From contig OY782781.1 of assembly GCA_963678315.1 (NCBI GenBank), forward strand, positions 2,720,001 through 2,784,000: DNA of 64,000 nt, in the 5' to 3' direction. Below are positions 50,043-60,019 of this stretch, piece by piece. A program made the position numbers and the translations under genes. The stretch comes from Candidatus Cloacimonadales bacterium (GTDB taxonomy: Bacteria > Cloacimonadota > Cloacimonadia > Cloacimonadales > JAFGVF01). How positions within the stretch are numbered: position 1 is the stretch's first letter; every line of letters begins with the position of its first letter. A model generated the notes under the pieces. The model was not told where the DNA came from. It was given only the letters and a program-made list of their open reading frames with translations, and searched no databases.

Positions 50043-50480
50043 TTATTTTTCTAAAATAATGGTAACAGGTCCATCATTAGTTAATTGTATCTTCATATCT
50101 GCAGCAAAGATACCTGTTTTTGGTTCTTTATAAATATTTTTAATTTGTTCTATCATTTTCTTGTATAAACCTTCTGCTATATCAGGTTTTGCAGTGTTAA
50201 TAAAGTCTGGACGCATACCTCTTTTACAGTTGGCATATAGAGTAAACTGAGAGACAAGCATAACATCCCCTTCAATATCTTTAACTGATAAGTTCATTTT
50301 ACCATTACAATCTTCGAATATTCTTAATCCAATGAGTTTATTAACAAGCCATTCTATCTCCGTACCTGTATCTTGACAACCGATACCGACAAAAACTAAA
50401 AGACCTTTTCCTATTTCAGAGACTAATTTATTATCAACAGTCACAGAAGCATTATTTACTCTTTGAATCAAAAGTTTCAT
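50043..50480 (-). CDS. dtd: D-aminoacyl-tRNA deacylase
   Basis: QRV..ASV, LRIF.D..GKMN, SQFTL, NDGPVT. Confidence 0.97.
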   Translation of the reverse strand: MKLLIQRVNNASVTVDNKLVSEIGKGLLVFVGIGCQDTGTEIEWLVNKLIGLRIFEDCNGKMNLSVKDIEGDVMLVSQFTLYANCKRGMRPDFINTAKPDIAEGLYKKMIEQIKNIYKEPKTGIFAADMKIQLTNDGPVTIILEK

Positions 50481-51445
50481 TAAACTACACCAGCTTTGAT
50501 TAGGTCATGTAGATGTAAAACACCAACAGGTTCATTATCTTTATCAATAACAGGTAAAACAGTAATATTAAAGTCTTCCATTACATTCAAAGCTTCTACA
50601 GCAAGAATATCTTCTTTTATTGATTTAGGACTAGAAGTCATAGCCTTATTTACAGGAAAAGTAGCAAGCTCATTGTAGCCCTTTTGTAAGAACCTTCTCA
50701 AATCACCATCAGTAACTATTCCTACTAACTTGTTAGCTTCAAGCACCAAGACACATCCAAGCTTTTTGGAGGTCATGGTCATGATAGCTTTATCCATTGT
50801 TGAAGTAATCTCGATAGTAGGGCAATCATCTCCCCTATGCATTAAATCTTCTACTCTTAGAAGAATCTTTTTCCCTATAGATCCGCCTGGATGAAACTGA
50901 GCATAATCTTCAAGTTTAAAGTTTCTCTTCTTAAGTAACGAAACTGCAAGAGCATCACCAACAGCTAATTCTACAGTAGTGCTTGCTGTAGGTACTAAGC
51001 CTAATTGTTCAAACTCTTTAGGTACTGAGCAGTCAATGACTACATCAGAATGTTGAGCAAGTTTGCTCTGCAAGTTGCCAGTTAAACCTATTAAGGGAAT
51101 CTTGTTGAATTTTATAAATGGTATAATCGAAATTAGTTCTTGAGTGTTTCCACTGTTGGAAATAGCAATAACAACGTCTTCTTTTTGGAGCATTCCTAAA
51201 TCGCCATGAATACCTTCTGCAGGGTGTAGAAATATAGAAGTAGTACCTGTACTAGCTAGTGTAGCAGATATCTTACGTGCTATCAAACCCGCTTTACCCA
51301 TACCGGTTACCACAACTTTACCTTTGCATTCAACTAAAATTTCCAAAGCTTCAACTACATTATTATCTATTTTATCGGAACACATTTGGATAGCTTTAGC
51401 TTGTTGTTCAAGCTCTTTTTTAACAACTTTGATATAATCTTTCAT
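50480..51445 (-). CDS. kdsD: Arabinose-5-phosphate isomerase (KpsF/GutQ, SIS + CBS)
   Basis: GMGK.G.I..KI.ATL.STGT, HGDLG, PTAST, HPGG..G, CBS pair. Confidence 0.93.
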   Translation of the reverse strand: MKDYIKVVKKELEQQAKAIQMCSDKIDNNVVEALEILVECKGKVVVTGMGKAGLIARKISATLASTGTTSIFLHPAEGIHGDLGMLQKEDVVIAISNSGNTQELISIIPFIKFNKIPLIGLTGNLQSKLAQHSDVVIDCSVPKEFEQLGLVPTASTTVELAVGDALAVSLLKKRNFKLEDYAQFHPGGSIGKKILLRVEDLMHRGDDCPTIEITSTMDKAIMTMTSKKLGCVLVLEANKLVGIVTDGDLRRFLQKGYNELATFPVNKAMTSSPKSIKEDILAVEALNVMEDFNITVLPVIDKDNEPVGVLHLHDLIKAGVV

Positions 51446-51537
51446 CTTATCGCCTACTATTAGAAAGGGTAAACACATTGGTTTACCCTAATTATTTATC
51501 CTCTGAGCTAGCTAATAAAGCTCACTCTTCTTAATCA

Positions 51538-53445
51538 TTATTCTTCATCTTCTAAAACTGATTTAATAGCATCTTCAACCTTTAGAATACCTAAATCACC
51601 TTTAGTATGACGTCTAACTGATACAGAATCAGCTTCAGCTTCTTTACCACCAATAATGAACATGTATGGTATCTTAGAAACTTCAGCTTCTCTTATCTTG
51701 TAACCAATCTTTTCTGTTCTAGTATCAATTTCAGCTCTTATACCAGCAGCTTTGAGTTTTGCAAGAACTTCTTGGCCATATTCATTTACAGAATCAGCAA
51801 TAGGAAGAACTTTAACTTGAACTGGGCATAACCATACTGGGAAGTTTCCTGCATGGTATTCAATTAAAGTACCAAAGAAACGTTCGATAGAGCCTAATAA
51901 AGCTCTATGAATCATATAAGGTCTGTGAGGTTGATTATCTGAGCCTATGTAGTCCATATCAAACCTAGTTGGTAAGTTAAAGTCGAACTGAATAGTAGTA
52001 CATTGCCATGATCTGTTTAAAGCATCCTTAATCTTAATATCAATTTTAGGACCATAGAAAGCTCCACCACCTTCATCTACTTTGTATTCTAAGCCATGTT
52101 TCTCAATTGCTTTCTTGAGTGATTCAGTAGCTTTATCCCATTCTTCAACTTCTCCAACAGCCTTTTCAGGTTTTGTTGATAAGTATATGTCAAAGTTATT
52201 GAAACCGAATTTCTTTAGAATCATTAGAGAGAAGTCTAGTAACTTTTCAACTTCAGTCTCTAACTGATCAGGTGTACATATAATATGAGCGTCATCTTGT
52301 GTAAAACCTCTAACTCTCATCAAGCCATGTAAAGCTCCAGAAAGCTCATTTCTGTACACAGTTCCAAGCTCAGCCATTTTATAAGGAAGCTCACGGTATG
52401 ATCTTCTAGATGATTTGTATATCATTATGTGGAATGGACAGTTCATAGGTTTTACATAATAGTCTATTCCATCCATTTCCATTGAGTCATACATGCCATC
52501 TTTGTAGAAATGCAAGTGACCACTAGTTTCCCACAAAGTACCTTTACCAATATGTGGTGTATAAACTAAATTATAATCATAAGCCAGATGTTGTTCTTTC
52601 CAATAAGACTCTATTTGATGTCTAATCATAGCACCTTTAGGATGCCATAAAACTAAACCTGCACCAATTTCATCATTGATTGAGAAAAGGTCTAATTCCT
52701 TACCAATCTTTCTGTGGTCTCTTTTCTTAGCTTCTTCTAAATTGTTTAAGTGCACCTTAAGATCTTTTTTAGAAGGGAAAGAGATACCATATATTCTCTT
52801 AAGCATTTTATTCTTTTCATCGCCTCTCCAGTAAGCACCTGAAGAACGTAATAATTTAAAAGCTTTAATCTTGCCAGTATGAGTTACATGAGGACCTCTA
52901 CACAAGTCTGTGAAGTCACCTTGAGTATATAACGAAAGAGTTTCATCTTCTGGAATTTCGTTTAAGATCTCCAATTTATAAGGCTCATCCATCTCTTTGA
53001 AAATTTCTATTGCTTCATTTCTTGAAACTTCTTTTCTTGAATAAGGAAGCTTTTGCTTAGAAAGTTCTTTCATCTTGTCTTCGATTTTAACAAGTTCTTC
53101 TTCAGAGAATGCTTTGTCTCGATCAAAGTCATAATAGAAACCGTTTTCTATAGCAGGACCAATAGTTACTTTTACATCTGGATAAAGTTGTTTAACAGCT
53201 TGAGCCATTAAGTGAGCAGTAGAATGCCAGAATATTTCAGGACCTTCTTCTGATTTAAAGGTTATAATTGATACTTCTGCATCTGAATCTATTTTATGAT
53301 TTAAATCTACTTTCTTTCCATTTACTATTCCAGCTAAAGCAGCGTTAGCTAGTCCATCGCTGATACTTCTAGCGACTTCTAATACATCAATTTGTCCTTC
53401 AAACTCTTTTATTGAGCCATCAGGTAATTTAATTTTTAAACTCAT
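51538..53445 (-). CDS. thrS: Threonine--tRNA ligase
   Basis: TGS domain, HSTAH, DLCRGPH, RDHRK.G, KPMNCP.H, RVRGFTQDDAH, HRA..GS.ERF. Confidence 0.99.
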   Translation of the reverse strand: MSLKIKLPDGSIKEFEGQIDVLEVARSISDGLANAALAGIVNGKKVDLNHKIDSDAEVSIITFKSEEGPEIFWHSTAHLMAQAVKQLYPDVKVTIGPAIENGFYYDFDRDKAFSEEELVKIEDKMKELSKQKLPYSRKEVSRNEAIEIFKEMDEPYKLEILNEIPEDETLSLYTQGDFTDLCRGPHVTHTGKIKAFKLLRSSGAYWRGDEKNKMLKRIYGISFPSKKDLKVHLNNLEEAKKRDHRKIGKELDLFSINDEIGAGLVLWHPKGAMIRHQIESYWKEQHLAYDYNLVYTPHIGKGTLWETSGHLHFYKDGMYDSMEMDGIDYYVKPMNCPFHIMIYKSSRRSYRELPYKMAELGTVYRNELSGALHGLMRVRGFTQDDAHIICTPDQLETEVEKLLDFSLMILKKFGFNNFDIYLSTKPEKAVGEVEEWDKATESLKKAIEKHGLEYKVDEGGGAFYGPKIDIKIKDALNRSWQCTTIQFDFNLPTRFDMDYIGSDNQPHRPYMIHRALLGSIERFFGTLIEYHAGNFPVWLCPVQVKVLPIADSVNEYGQEVLAKLKAAGIRAEIDTRTEKIGYKIREAEVSKIPYMFIIGGKEAEADSVSVRRHTKGDLGILKVEDAIKSVLEDEE

Positions 53446-53450
53446 ATCTA

Positions 53451-54773
53451 TTATTCTCCATTCCTATTTTCATTCTTTTCGATGCTTGTAGATAATCTTT
53501 CAGCAACATCATCTAGTAATTTCATAAGTTCGTTATCAGTTAGATCTTTAGTATTATCAGCAGTTGGTTCTAAGACAAATTTTTCTATGTCTTTTCTTGT
53601 TTTACGCCATTCAGAAATAGTTGGTTCTGTTTCTGCACTATTTAATTGGTCATATACTTCAAATAACTTATTATTCTCTTCAAGTCTTGTTTTCAATGGT
53701 TCTACATCTAGAGCGCTCTTTCTAAGTGGCATATAATATGTATCATAAGACCATTTAGCTGTTTGTTCTTTTTCTGTTAACCATTTAATAAAGTTCCAAG
53801 CCCCTCTTTCTTTCTTATCAGAGCTTTTGAAAATTGCTATATTTGTACCACTAATCACGTTCTTAATCGTTCGATGATGTGGTATTGGTGCTATACCAAT
53901 GTTAAACTTAATCTTGTCGTTATTAGCCATAAAAGCCATTGAAACACTTGACCCTTCATAAGTAAGAACTTTTTCAGCCAAGAAGTCATTCTGACCATCA
54001 AAGCCTTGCACTGTATAAGCAGCTCCTAAGTCAACAAGTAATGTTCTTAAGTATCTTAGAGCTTCAACACCTTCAGGGCTATTAAATTTTGGTTCTTTAC
54101 CATCAACAATCTCTCCCCCAGCTTGCAGAATCAAGTTCACTAGTTGGGTTGTACTGTTGTTAAGGTTTGTCATATAAACCTTTGGATAACCATTCTCATC
54201 TTTTTCAGCTATAACATATCTAGCGTAGTCTAGGTATTCATCCCATGTTTCAGGTGGGTCGTAAGGATCTACACCATATTTAAGAAACATATCTTTGTTG
54301 TAGTACAAAACTCTCACACTCTTATTGAATGGGAAGGTCCATAATGTATCTTGGAAAGTATTACTTCTTAAGAATACAGGGTAGAAGTCTTCGATTATTT
54401 CAGACTTAAGTTCTTTGTCTTCATTTATGAACTTTTGAACTGGGCATAAATCACGTGACTTAATAAAATCAGCTGTTGTATTTTCATATAGTTGGGCTAT
54501 ATCTGGTTGATTACCAGCAGTAATAGAAGCTTGCAACTTTTGAGTTAAAGCAGTATAATTACCAACAGATACTCCATCAACAAATATGGAATCCTGTGAA
54601 CTGTTATATTCCTCAATTAAGTTATCTAAAGATTCACCTAAAGGTCCGCCCATACTATGCCAAAAAGTAATAGTAACTTTATCTTCAGCACTTTTTTTCA
54701 TACAACTAGTTAATGTTAGTAGCATTATTAGAGCTAGACTAATAACAACCACAAATGATAATGCTCGTTTCAT
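53451..54773 (-). CDS. ABC transporter substrate-binding lipoprotein (sugar/G3P family 1)
   Basis: Lipobox LTSC, ITFWHSMGG, PFNKS...LYYNKD, P.TWDE, AW.FIKWL. Confidence 0.9.
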   Translation of the reverse strand: MKRALSFVVVISLALIMLLTLTSCMKKSAEDKVTITFWHSMGGPLGESLDNLIEEYNSSQDSIFVDGVSVGNYTALTQKLQASITAGNQPDIAQLYENTTADFIKSRDLCPVQKFINEDKELKSEIIEDFYPVFLRSNTFQDTLWTFPFNKSVRVLYYNKDMFLKYGVDPYDPPETWDEYLDYARYVIAEKDENGYPKVYMTNLNNSTTQLVNLILQAGGEIVDGKEPKFNSPEGVEALRYLRTLLVDLGAAYTVQGFDGQNDFLAEKVLTYEGSSVSMAFMANNDKIKFNIGIAPIPHHRTIKNVISGTNIAIFKSSDKKERGAWNFIKWLTEKEQTAKWSYDTYYMPLRKSALDVEPLKTRLEENNKLFEVYDQLNSAETEPTISEWRKTRKDIEKFVLEPTADNTKDLTDNELMKLLDDVAERLSTSIEKNENRNGE

Positions 54774-54907
54774 TTTATCTCCAGTTCTTGATTTCTAGTA
54801 ATTTTATCTATACTATTATATCACACAAAATATCTACAATCTAATAGTCAATATTTTTTTTGTTTTCCCAATAATATTAATGTAGGATTAACAATCTATC
54901 AACCTTC

Positions 54908-56353
54908 TTAGAAACTCATGCTAACACCAATTTTATATTCTCTATCCTTCTTATCCAGAGTAGAATATTCTTCTCGATCTGTCTTAAATAGATTATCTAC
55001 TTGACCCCAAAGAGAGCACCAGTCAACAATCTGATAATCTGCCATCATATTCATATTCGTTGAGTTATCTATTTTATTAAAACTATCATCAAGCATATTA
55101 AAATTATGAATTACAGCAAATCCACAATTTAATCTTTGGTATGAATAATTTAAATCAGCAGATATTCTTTCTTCAGCTAGGAATGGAAGTCTAACTTCTG
55201 CAATATTTAAGTCTTGTTTAATTGTATCATCTGAAGACAGTCCTGTTGATATAAACTCAGCTTTTAAAGCAAGACTAAGTTTATTTATCTGCTTTTTAAC
55301 ACTTATATAAGAACTATTTTCCCAATAAGTATCATTGTAGAAACTTAGACCATCGCCACCATTTCTGTATATAGGTCTATCAACCCAATATTTAAAAGAA
55401 TTTCCTACATCGAGACATAGATTATTTGAATAACTAATCTTTATATCTGCATTAACAGGCAAAGCAGAATCCGTATCATTTAAGATATATATGTTATATG
55501 GATTTTTGTTAAAGATATCGTGATAACTTTTAAATTCAAAACCTGGATTATTTTTAAGTGAGAATCCCCAACGATTATTACTAAGTGCAATATTAATTTT
55601 AGGTGCAATTAAGTAGTCATCTCTTGATTTCCCAAACCAAAGTCCTATATTGTTTACATCTTCATAGTATAATTCAATAGAAGATCTATTTTTCTCATGA
55701 TTATATCCAAGTTGCATATTATAGTATAAATTTGAATATATTTCCATAGTTGAAGCAAGGAATATATTTATGAAACTAGCATCATTTAAGCTTTGATCAT
55801 AATACTCATTGCTTAACTTTATTTCGATAATCTTGTTATTCTTATAAAGGTAACTGTATTCAACTTGCCCAATGAACTGGTCATAGCTTACCAAATTACC
55901 AGAGAACTCACTTTCAATATAATCAAGTTCAAAAGCAAATTTATGATTGTTGTCCTTATGAGAAACTAACATGTGCCCTGTATTTTTTTCTCTATCATCA
56001 GAATTTCTATATACCCCAAAATCCATTTTAGCATTAGTATTATTATCACCATATAGTAGATCTAGGTTAAATAAACTCTTGTTACCTCCATTGACTTTCA
56101 GATAGGCAATCGAGTTCTTTGGAGCAAAAAGGAAGTAGTCTGTTTTAATAGGCATGCCATGATAAGTATAATTGAATCTTTCTAAAGAATCTGCTTCTAT
56201 AGGAGCATCATAGTTAACAGGATTTAGTTGAAGAGTATTCTGTAAATCAGCTCTTGTTTCTACAACGATAGGTTCTCTTTCCCCTTCCAAAATATCATCT
56301 TGAGCTGATAGCAATGAAGCAAATAAAAGAATACAAATTATATAATATTTCAT
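54908..56353 (-). CDS. Putative outer-membrane beta-barrel protein (TonB-receptor-like C-terminus)
   Basis: Signal peptide, alternating aromatic strands, C-terminal VDNLF...Y.IGVSMSF. Confidence 0.65.
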   Translation of the reverse strand: MKYYIICILLFASLLSAQDDILEGEREPIVVETRADLQNTLQLNPVNYDAPIEADSLERFNYTYHGMPIKTDYFLFAPKNSIAYLKVNGGNKSLFNLDLLYGDNNTNAKMDFGVYRNSDDREKNTGHMLVSHKDNNHKFAFELDYIESEFSGNLVSYDQFIGQVEYSYLYKNNKIIEIKLSNEYYDQSLNDASFINIFLASTMEIYSNLYYNMQLGYNHEKNRSSIELYYEDVNNIGLWFGKSRDDYLIAPKINIALSNNRWGFSLKNNPGFEFKSYHDIFNKNPYNIYILNDTDSALPVNADIKISYSNNLCLDVGNSFKYWVDRPIYRNGGDGLSFYNDTYWENSSYISVKKQINKLSLALKAEFISTGLSSDDTIKQDLNIAEVRLPFLAEERISADLNYSYQRLNCGFAVIHNFNMLDDSFNKIDNSTNMNMMADYQIVDWCSLWGQVDNLFKTDREEYSTLDKKDREYKIGVSMSF

Positions 56354-56361
56354 TGTTGCTC

Positions 56362-59265
56362 CTACTTAATAAGTCTCTGATAAAGTTCATTCTTCTGCCA
56401 TTCTGGAAGAAGACTCTTATATGAATCATAAGATTGCTTTGCTTTCTCGAATCTATTGTTTTCAATCTGAGATAATATTAGATAATATGATGCTTTTACA
56501 TTCAAGTCTTTATATTCTTCAAACAAGAACAAGACTCTCATCATATATAAAGAAGCAGCATTATAATCTTGATTTCTATAACTTTGCAAGCCCAGCAAAT
56601 AATAACTCAAGCTTGATAATCTATCATCATCGCTATCTTTAAGGCTTTCAGCTAATATAATATCTACTTTCTTATTTAGCTTCAAGTCATATTCTATTTT
56701 TAACAAGTTAGCATAATCAGTAAAATTCTTATCCGCATTAAGAACAAATCTTTTGTGAGTAGAAACAAAAGTTGAGTCCTTAGTACTTAATTGAAGTTTT
56801 AGCAGTTTAATCCAAATCTCAGGTTCATTACTATAGCCTATGCCTTCGTTAAGAACAGATTTTGCATTTGTAGTATCTTTTCTTGCAAGGAATACATCAG
56901 CCCAAGCAGAAAATACTTCAGCATCTTTATGTGAATCAGTTAAGGCTGAATAAAGAGAGTCAGCTCTTTCAAATTGATTTGTCTTCGTATATGCTATAGC
57001 TAAATTTTTACTTACGTTTTTATTCTGTCTATCTTGAGGGTTTTCCTTAATTAACTCTTCACCAGTTTTAATTAAATCTTCCCATTTTTCTTCTTGAGAT
57101 TCATATAGTAGAATTATCTGCTTCAAAGTTCTGGAAACATTTTTGTTAGTCATTTTTCTTGCTAAAGTAGCTAATTTAGAACGATAATCTTTATTTTTAT
57201 CACTCAAAACAGACCATTTTATTCCCAAAATAGAATTCTTAAATTCACTTTTCGAAGGATTACTATCAAGAACTTTTATATAAGTATTTAAAGCATCTTC
57301 AAACTGATTCTGATTAAAATAAGAATCGGCAAGATTAAGATTAACATAATTTAGTTTATAACTTTCTGGATACTTCAATGTAAATTCTCTGAAAAGATTA
57401 ACTGCATCTGCATAATTTTTACCATTCATAGCAGAACTTCCAGCTAATATTAGATAATCTTCTGAAGAATTAGAATCTTTAGACAATTCACGGAATTTGC
57501 TCTCTGCTTTTTCAAAATCTTTCATCAAGTAATATGTCCAACCCATTCTACTATTTACCTGATCTATCTGCTTTGCTTCTATAGCATTATCATAAGAAAT
57601 AGTATAATATTCTAGTGCTTTCTCATAATTATTGAGATTGTAGAATACATTTCCCTTAATAAGATTTGCTCTAAATAGATAGAGAGGGTGAGTATCAATA
57701 TTTTGAAGACTAACTATTGTTTCTTCCCATTTACTCAATAAGAAGTTGAGTTCAGATATTCTTAACCAGACAGCATTCTTATCAACAGAATCAGTCATAC
57801 ACATTTCGAAATACTCTAAAGCAACTTCGTAGTTCTCATTTATTGTGTTAATTTCTCCTAAATAGAAATAAGTAGTTGATATATTCACAAAATCAGGATA
57901 TTTCTTAGCTAACTCTGTTAGACTTTCTGCAGATTCCTTGTATTCTCCTAAATTGAAGTAAGAGAGACCCATTTTATAAAGCACTTCGTCATAAAATCTT
58001 CCGTTGGGATAGAGATCTATATAGTTTGTAAGGAATGAAATTGCTTTCTTGTATTCCTTATCAATAAAATAAATATCACTTACTAAGAATAATAATTTTT
58101 CTGATGTGTCATTATCTAAAACTTGGTTTTTTGCCATTAGTATAAGATCTAAAGATTGTTTATAATCTGCTTCAAGATACTTTATATAACTAGTTAAATA
58201 ATATGCATTACCTATATATTTACTATCTGGATTTCTTTCAATAAATTTATTAATTCGTGCAAAAATCAAATTATTTGATTTAATGGTTTGTGCTTTTTCT
58301 TCTTCTGAACCAACTGGGACTTTAATCTCATAATTGACTAGCTCAAAGAAACTCAAATCCTTTATCTTCTTCATATCTGAGTTATCAGATAAATCTCTAA
58401 ACAAACCACTTGCAATTTTCAAGTCTCCAGTAGCCTTATATGCTAATCCTAGATAGAATCTTTTAACATCTGTATCTGGACTAATCGAATTAAAAACCCT
58501 TTTTGCAGATTCAAAATCTCCAGTTTTATAGTAAGCTTGACCCAATATTATGGCATAATCAGAATACAATCTAGAATGTTTTGGAACTCTATAACTATTA
58601 CTAGAAACAATTTTCTTATAATCAAGATTCTCATATAAATAATTATACCATTCTAAGACTATTTGATTAACATATTCATCTTGATATTTACTATATGTTT
58701 CAGATAAAACCTTCTCAGCAGTGTCAATATCATCTTGTTTAATTCTTAACTGGAATTCTAAATACTTAGTCATAGATGAAGAATTTTCTTGCCCAATTTG
58801 AGTTAGATAACTATCAGCTTTGATATATTCCCCATTATCTAAAGCAATTCTTCCTAACCAACAATACACTTCTGTAATGCTAGTATTAGCTGGAAATGAA
58901 GCTATAAATTCATTAGCATATTTGTTGGCATCAACATAATCTTCCTGGAAATAATTTGCTTGTATCAAAGCAACAATAACTAAGGGTCTTATATCACTAT
59001 CAGCAGAAGCTTTACTAATCATCAGAAGTTTTTCTTCTGCTTGACTAAATTTATTTTCTAAAAGCTCAATCATAGCTGTGTAGTATTCTGCTTTAGATTT
59101 TAATTCACTCTGAGGGTACTTCTTTATAAAGTCTTCTAACTGCATCTTTGCAAATTCTAATTCGTCCCTTTGATAAAGTTCCTCGATAAACCTAAAATCC
59201 CTCTTTTCATTTGCATTTAATATTGTTGTTAATATCAGTATCATTATAATAAGTACTTTTCTCAT
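56362..59265 (-). CDS. Large secreted tetratricopeptide repeat protein
   Basis: Signal peptide; many TPR units (YP.S, LY..G.SYF..G.Y..A). Confidence 0.9.
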   Translation of the reverse strand: MRKVLIIMILILTTILNANEKRDFRFIEELYQRDELEFAKMQLEDFIKKYPQSELKSKAEYYTAMIELLENKFSQAEEKLLMISKASADSDIRPLVIVALIQANYFQEDYVDANKYANEFIASFPANTSITEVYCWLGRIALDNGEYIKADSYLTQIGQENSSSMTKYLEFQLRIKQDDIDTAEKVLSETYSKYQDEYVNQIVLEWYNYLYENLDYKKIVSSNSYRVPKHSRLYSDYAIILGQAYYKTGDFESAKRVFNSISPDTDVKRFYLGLAYKATGDLKIASGLFRDLSDNSDMKKIKDLSFFELVNYEIKVPVGSEEEKAQTIKSNNLIFARINKFIERNPDSKYIGNAYYLTSYIKYLEADYKQSLDLILMAKNQVLDNDTSEKLLFLVSDIYFIDKEYKKAISFLTNYIDLYPNGRFYDEVLYKMGLSYFNLGEYKESAESLTELAKKYPDFVNISTTYFYLGEINTINENYEVALEYFEMCMTDSVDKNAVWLRISELNFLLSKWEETIVSLQNIDTHPLYLFRANLIKGNVFYNLNNYEKALEYYTISYDNAIEAKQIDQVNSRMGWTYYLMKDFEKAESKFRELSKDSNSSEDYLILAGSSAMNGKNYADAVNLFREFTLKYPESYKLNYVNLNLADSYFNQNQFEDALNTYIKVLDSNPSKSEFKNSILGIKWSVLSDKNKDYRSKLATLARKMTNKNVSRTLKQIILLYESQEEKWEDLIKTGEELIKENPQDRQNKNVSKNLAIAYTKTNQFERADSLYSALTDSHKDAEVFSAWADVFLARKDTTNAKSVLNEGIGYSNEPEIWIKLLKLQLSTKDSTFVSTHKRFVLNADKNFTDYANLLKIEYDLKLNKKVDIILAESLKDSDDDRLSSLSYYLLGLQSYRNQDYNAASLYMMRVLFLFEEYKDLNVKASYYLILSQIENNRFEKAKQSYDSYKSLLPEWQKNELYQRLIK

Positions 59266-59401
59266 TCTTTCTCCATAAATGGTTTTCTTCATAAAAACAT
59301 GGTTATTCCTTTATAAAAGACTTTCTAGCTTTAATAATGTCAAGATTTTTATCACCAACTTTTTAAAAATTCACTTTGACCACCATATATTTCAAGTTTT
59401 T

Positions 59402-59617
59402 AACTCATTTAATCTAGTAGGCTTCTCGTGAAGAGTGCAGATTCCGTCTAAGCCGGACACGGTATTTCAGCAAAATAATTTACAGAATCGAAGTTTGAAT
59501 AATATATATTCTAGCTGAGATTATGAAAGTTATTCTTGCCATGAGTCTTCGCTAAAGCTACGCCCTCACAGGAATAATATTGTACTATTCTAGAAGTTCT
59601 ACTTTATTAGATGAGTT
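59402..59617 (+). repeat. Long rod-like hairpin, copy B, carrying two mini-hairpin insertions
   Basis: Core shared with 46401-46505; extra 20 nt (59445-59464) and 31 nt (59542-59572); outer stem AACTCAT.../...ATGAGTT. Confidence 0.75.
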
Positions 59618-59644
59618 TGGGGAACATATATCCCAAATTTCAAT

Positions 59645-59729
59645 CCCTTAACACCTAACTACTCACTCCTCCTCTTCTTCCTTAAGGGCCTCATTGAAAA
59701 ATCGGCTAATTTTCAAGGAGGCAAGTAAG
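59645..59729. repeat. Degenerate heptamers plus a 49-nt REP-like palindrome
   Basis: CACCTAA CTACTCA CTCCT, then CTTAAGGGCCTCATTGAAAAATCGGCTAATTTTCAAGGAGGCAAGTAAG (59681-59729). Confidence 0.8.
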
Positions 59730-60019
59730 GAAGCACTATTAAGAGCTAAAATCACAATAGAATTTTTGTTGTTTTCTCAGATTTTAAGCCTACTAAATCA
59801 TGTTGTTTTTTTATTAGAAAGTCATGGATAAATTAAGATATAAAATGTTTTTATTTATAAACAAATTAAGGCTTTGTTAGAGAATTATTGATTTCATTAA
59901 AAATTCTTGACAGCCTATAGAATTTATGAAATAATGTAAAAAAGATTGTATATAATTTGTAATTGTTAACAGATTCAATATACACTCACTATAAATTTAA
60001 ATTTCAAGGAAATTATATA

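Noticed and set aside
53446..53450. T-box or leader regulation of thrS
   Set aside because: Only 5 nt separate thrS from the upstream gene.
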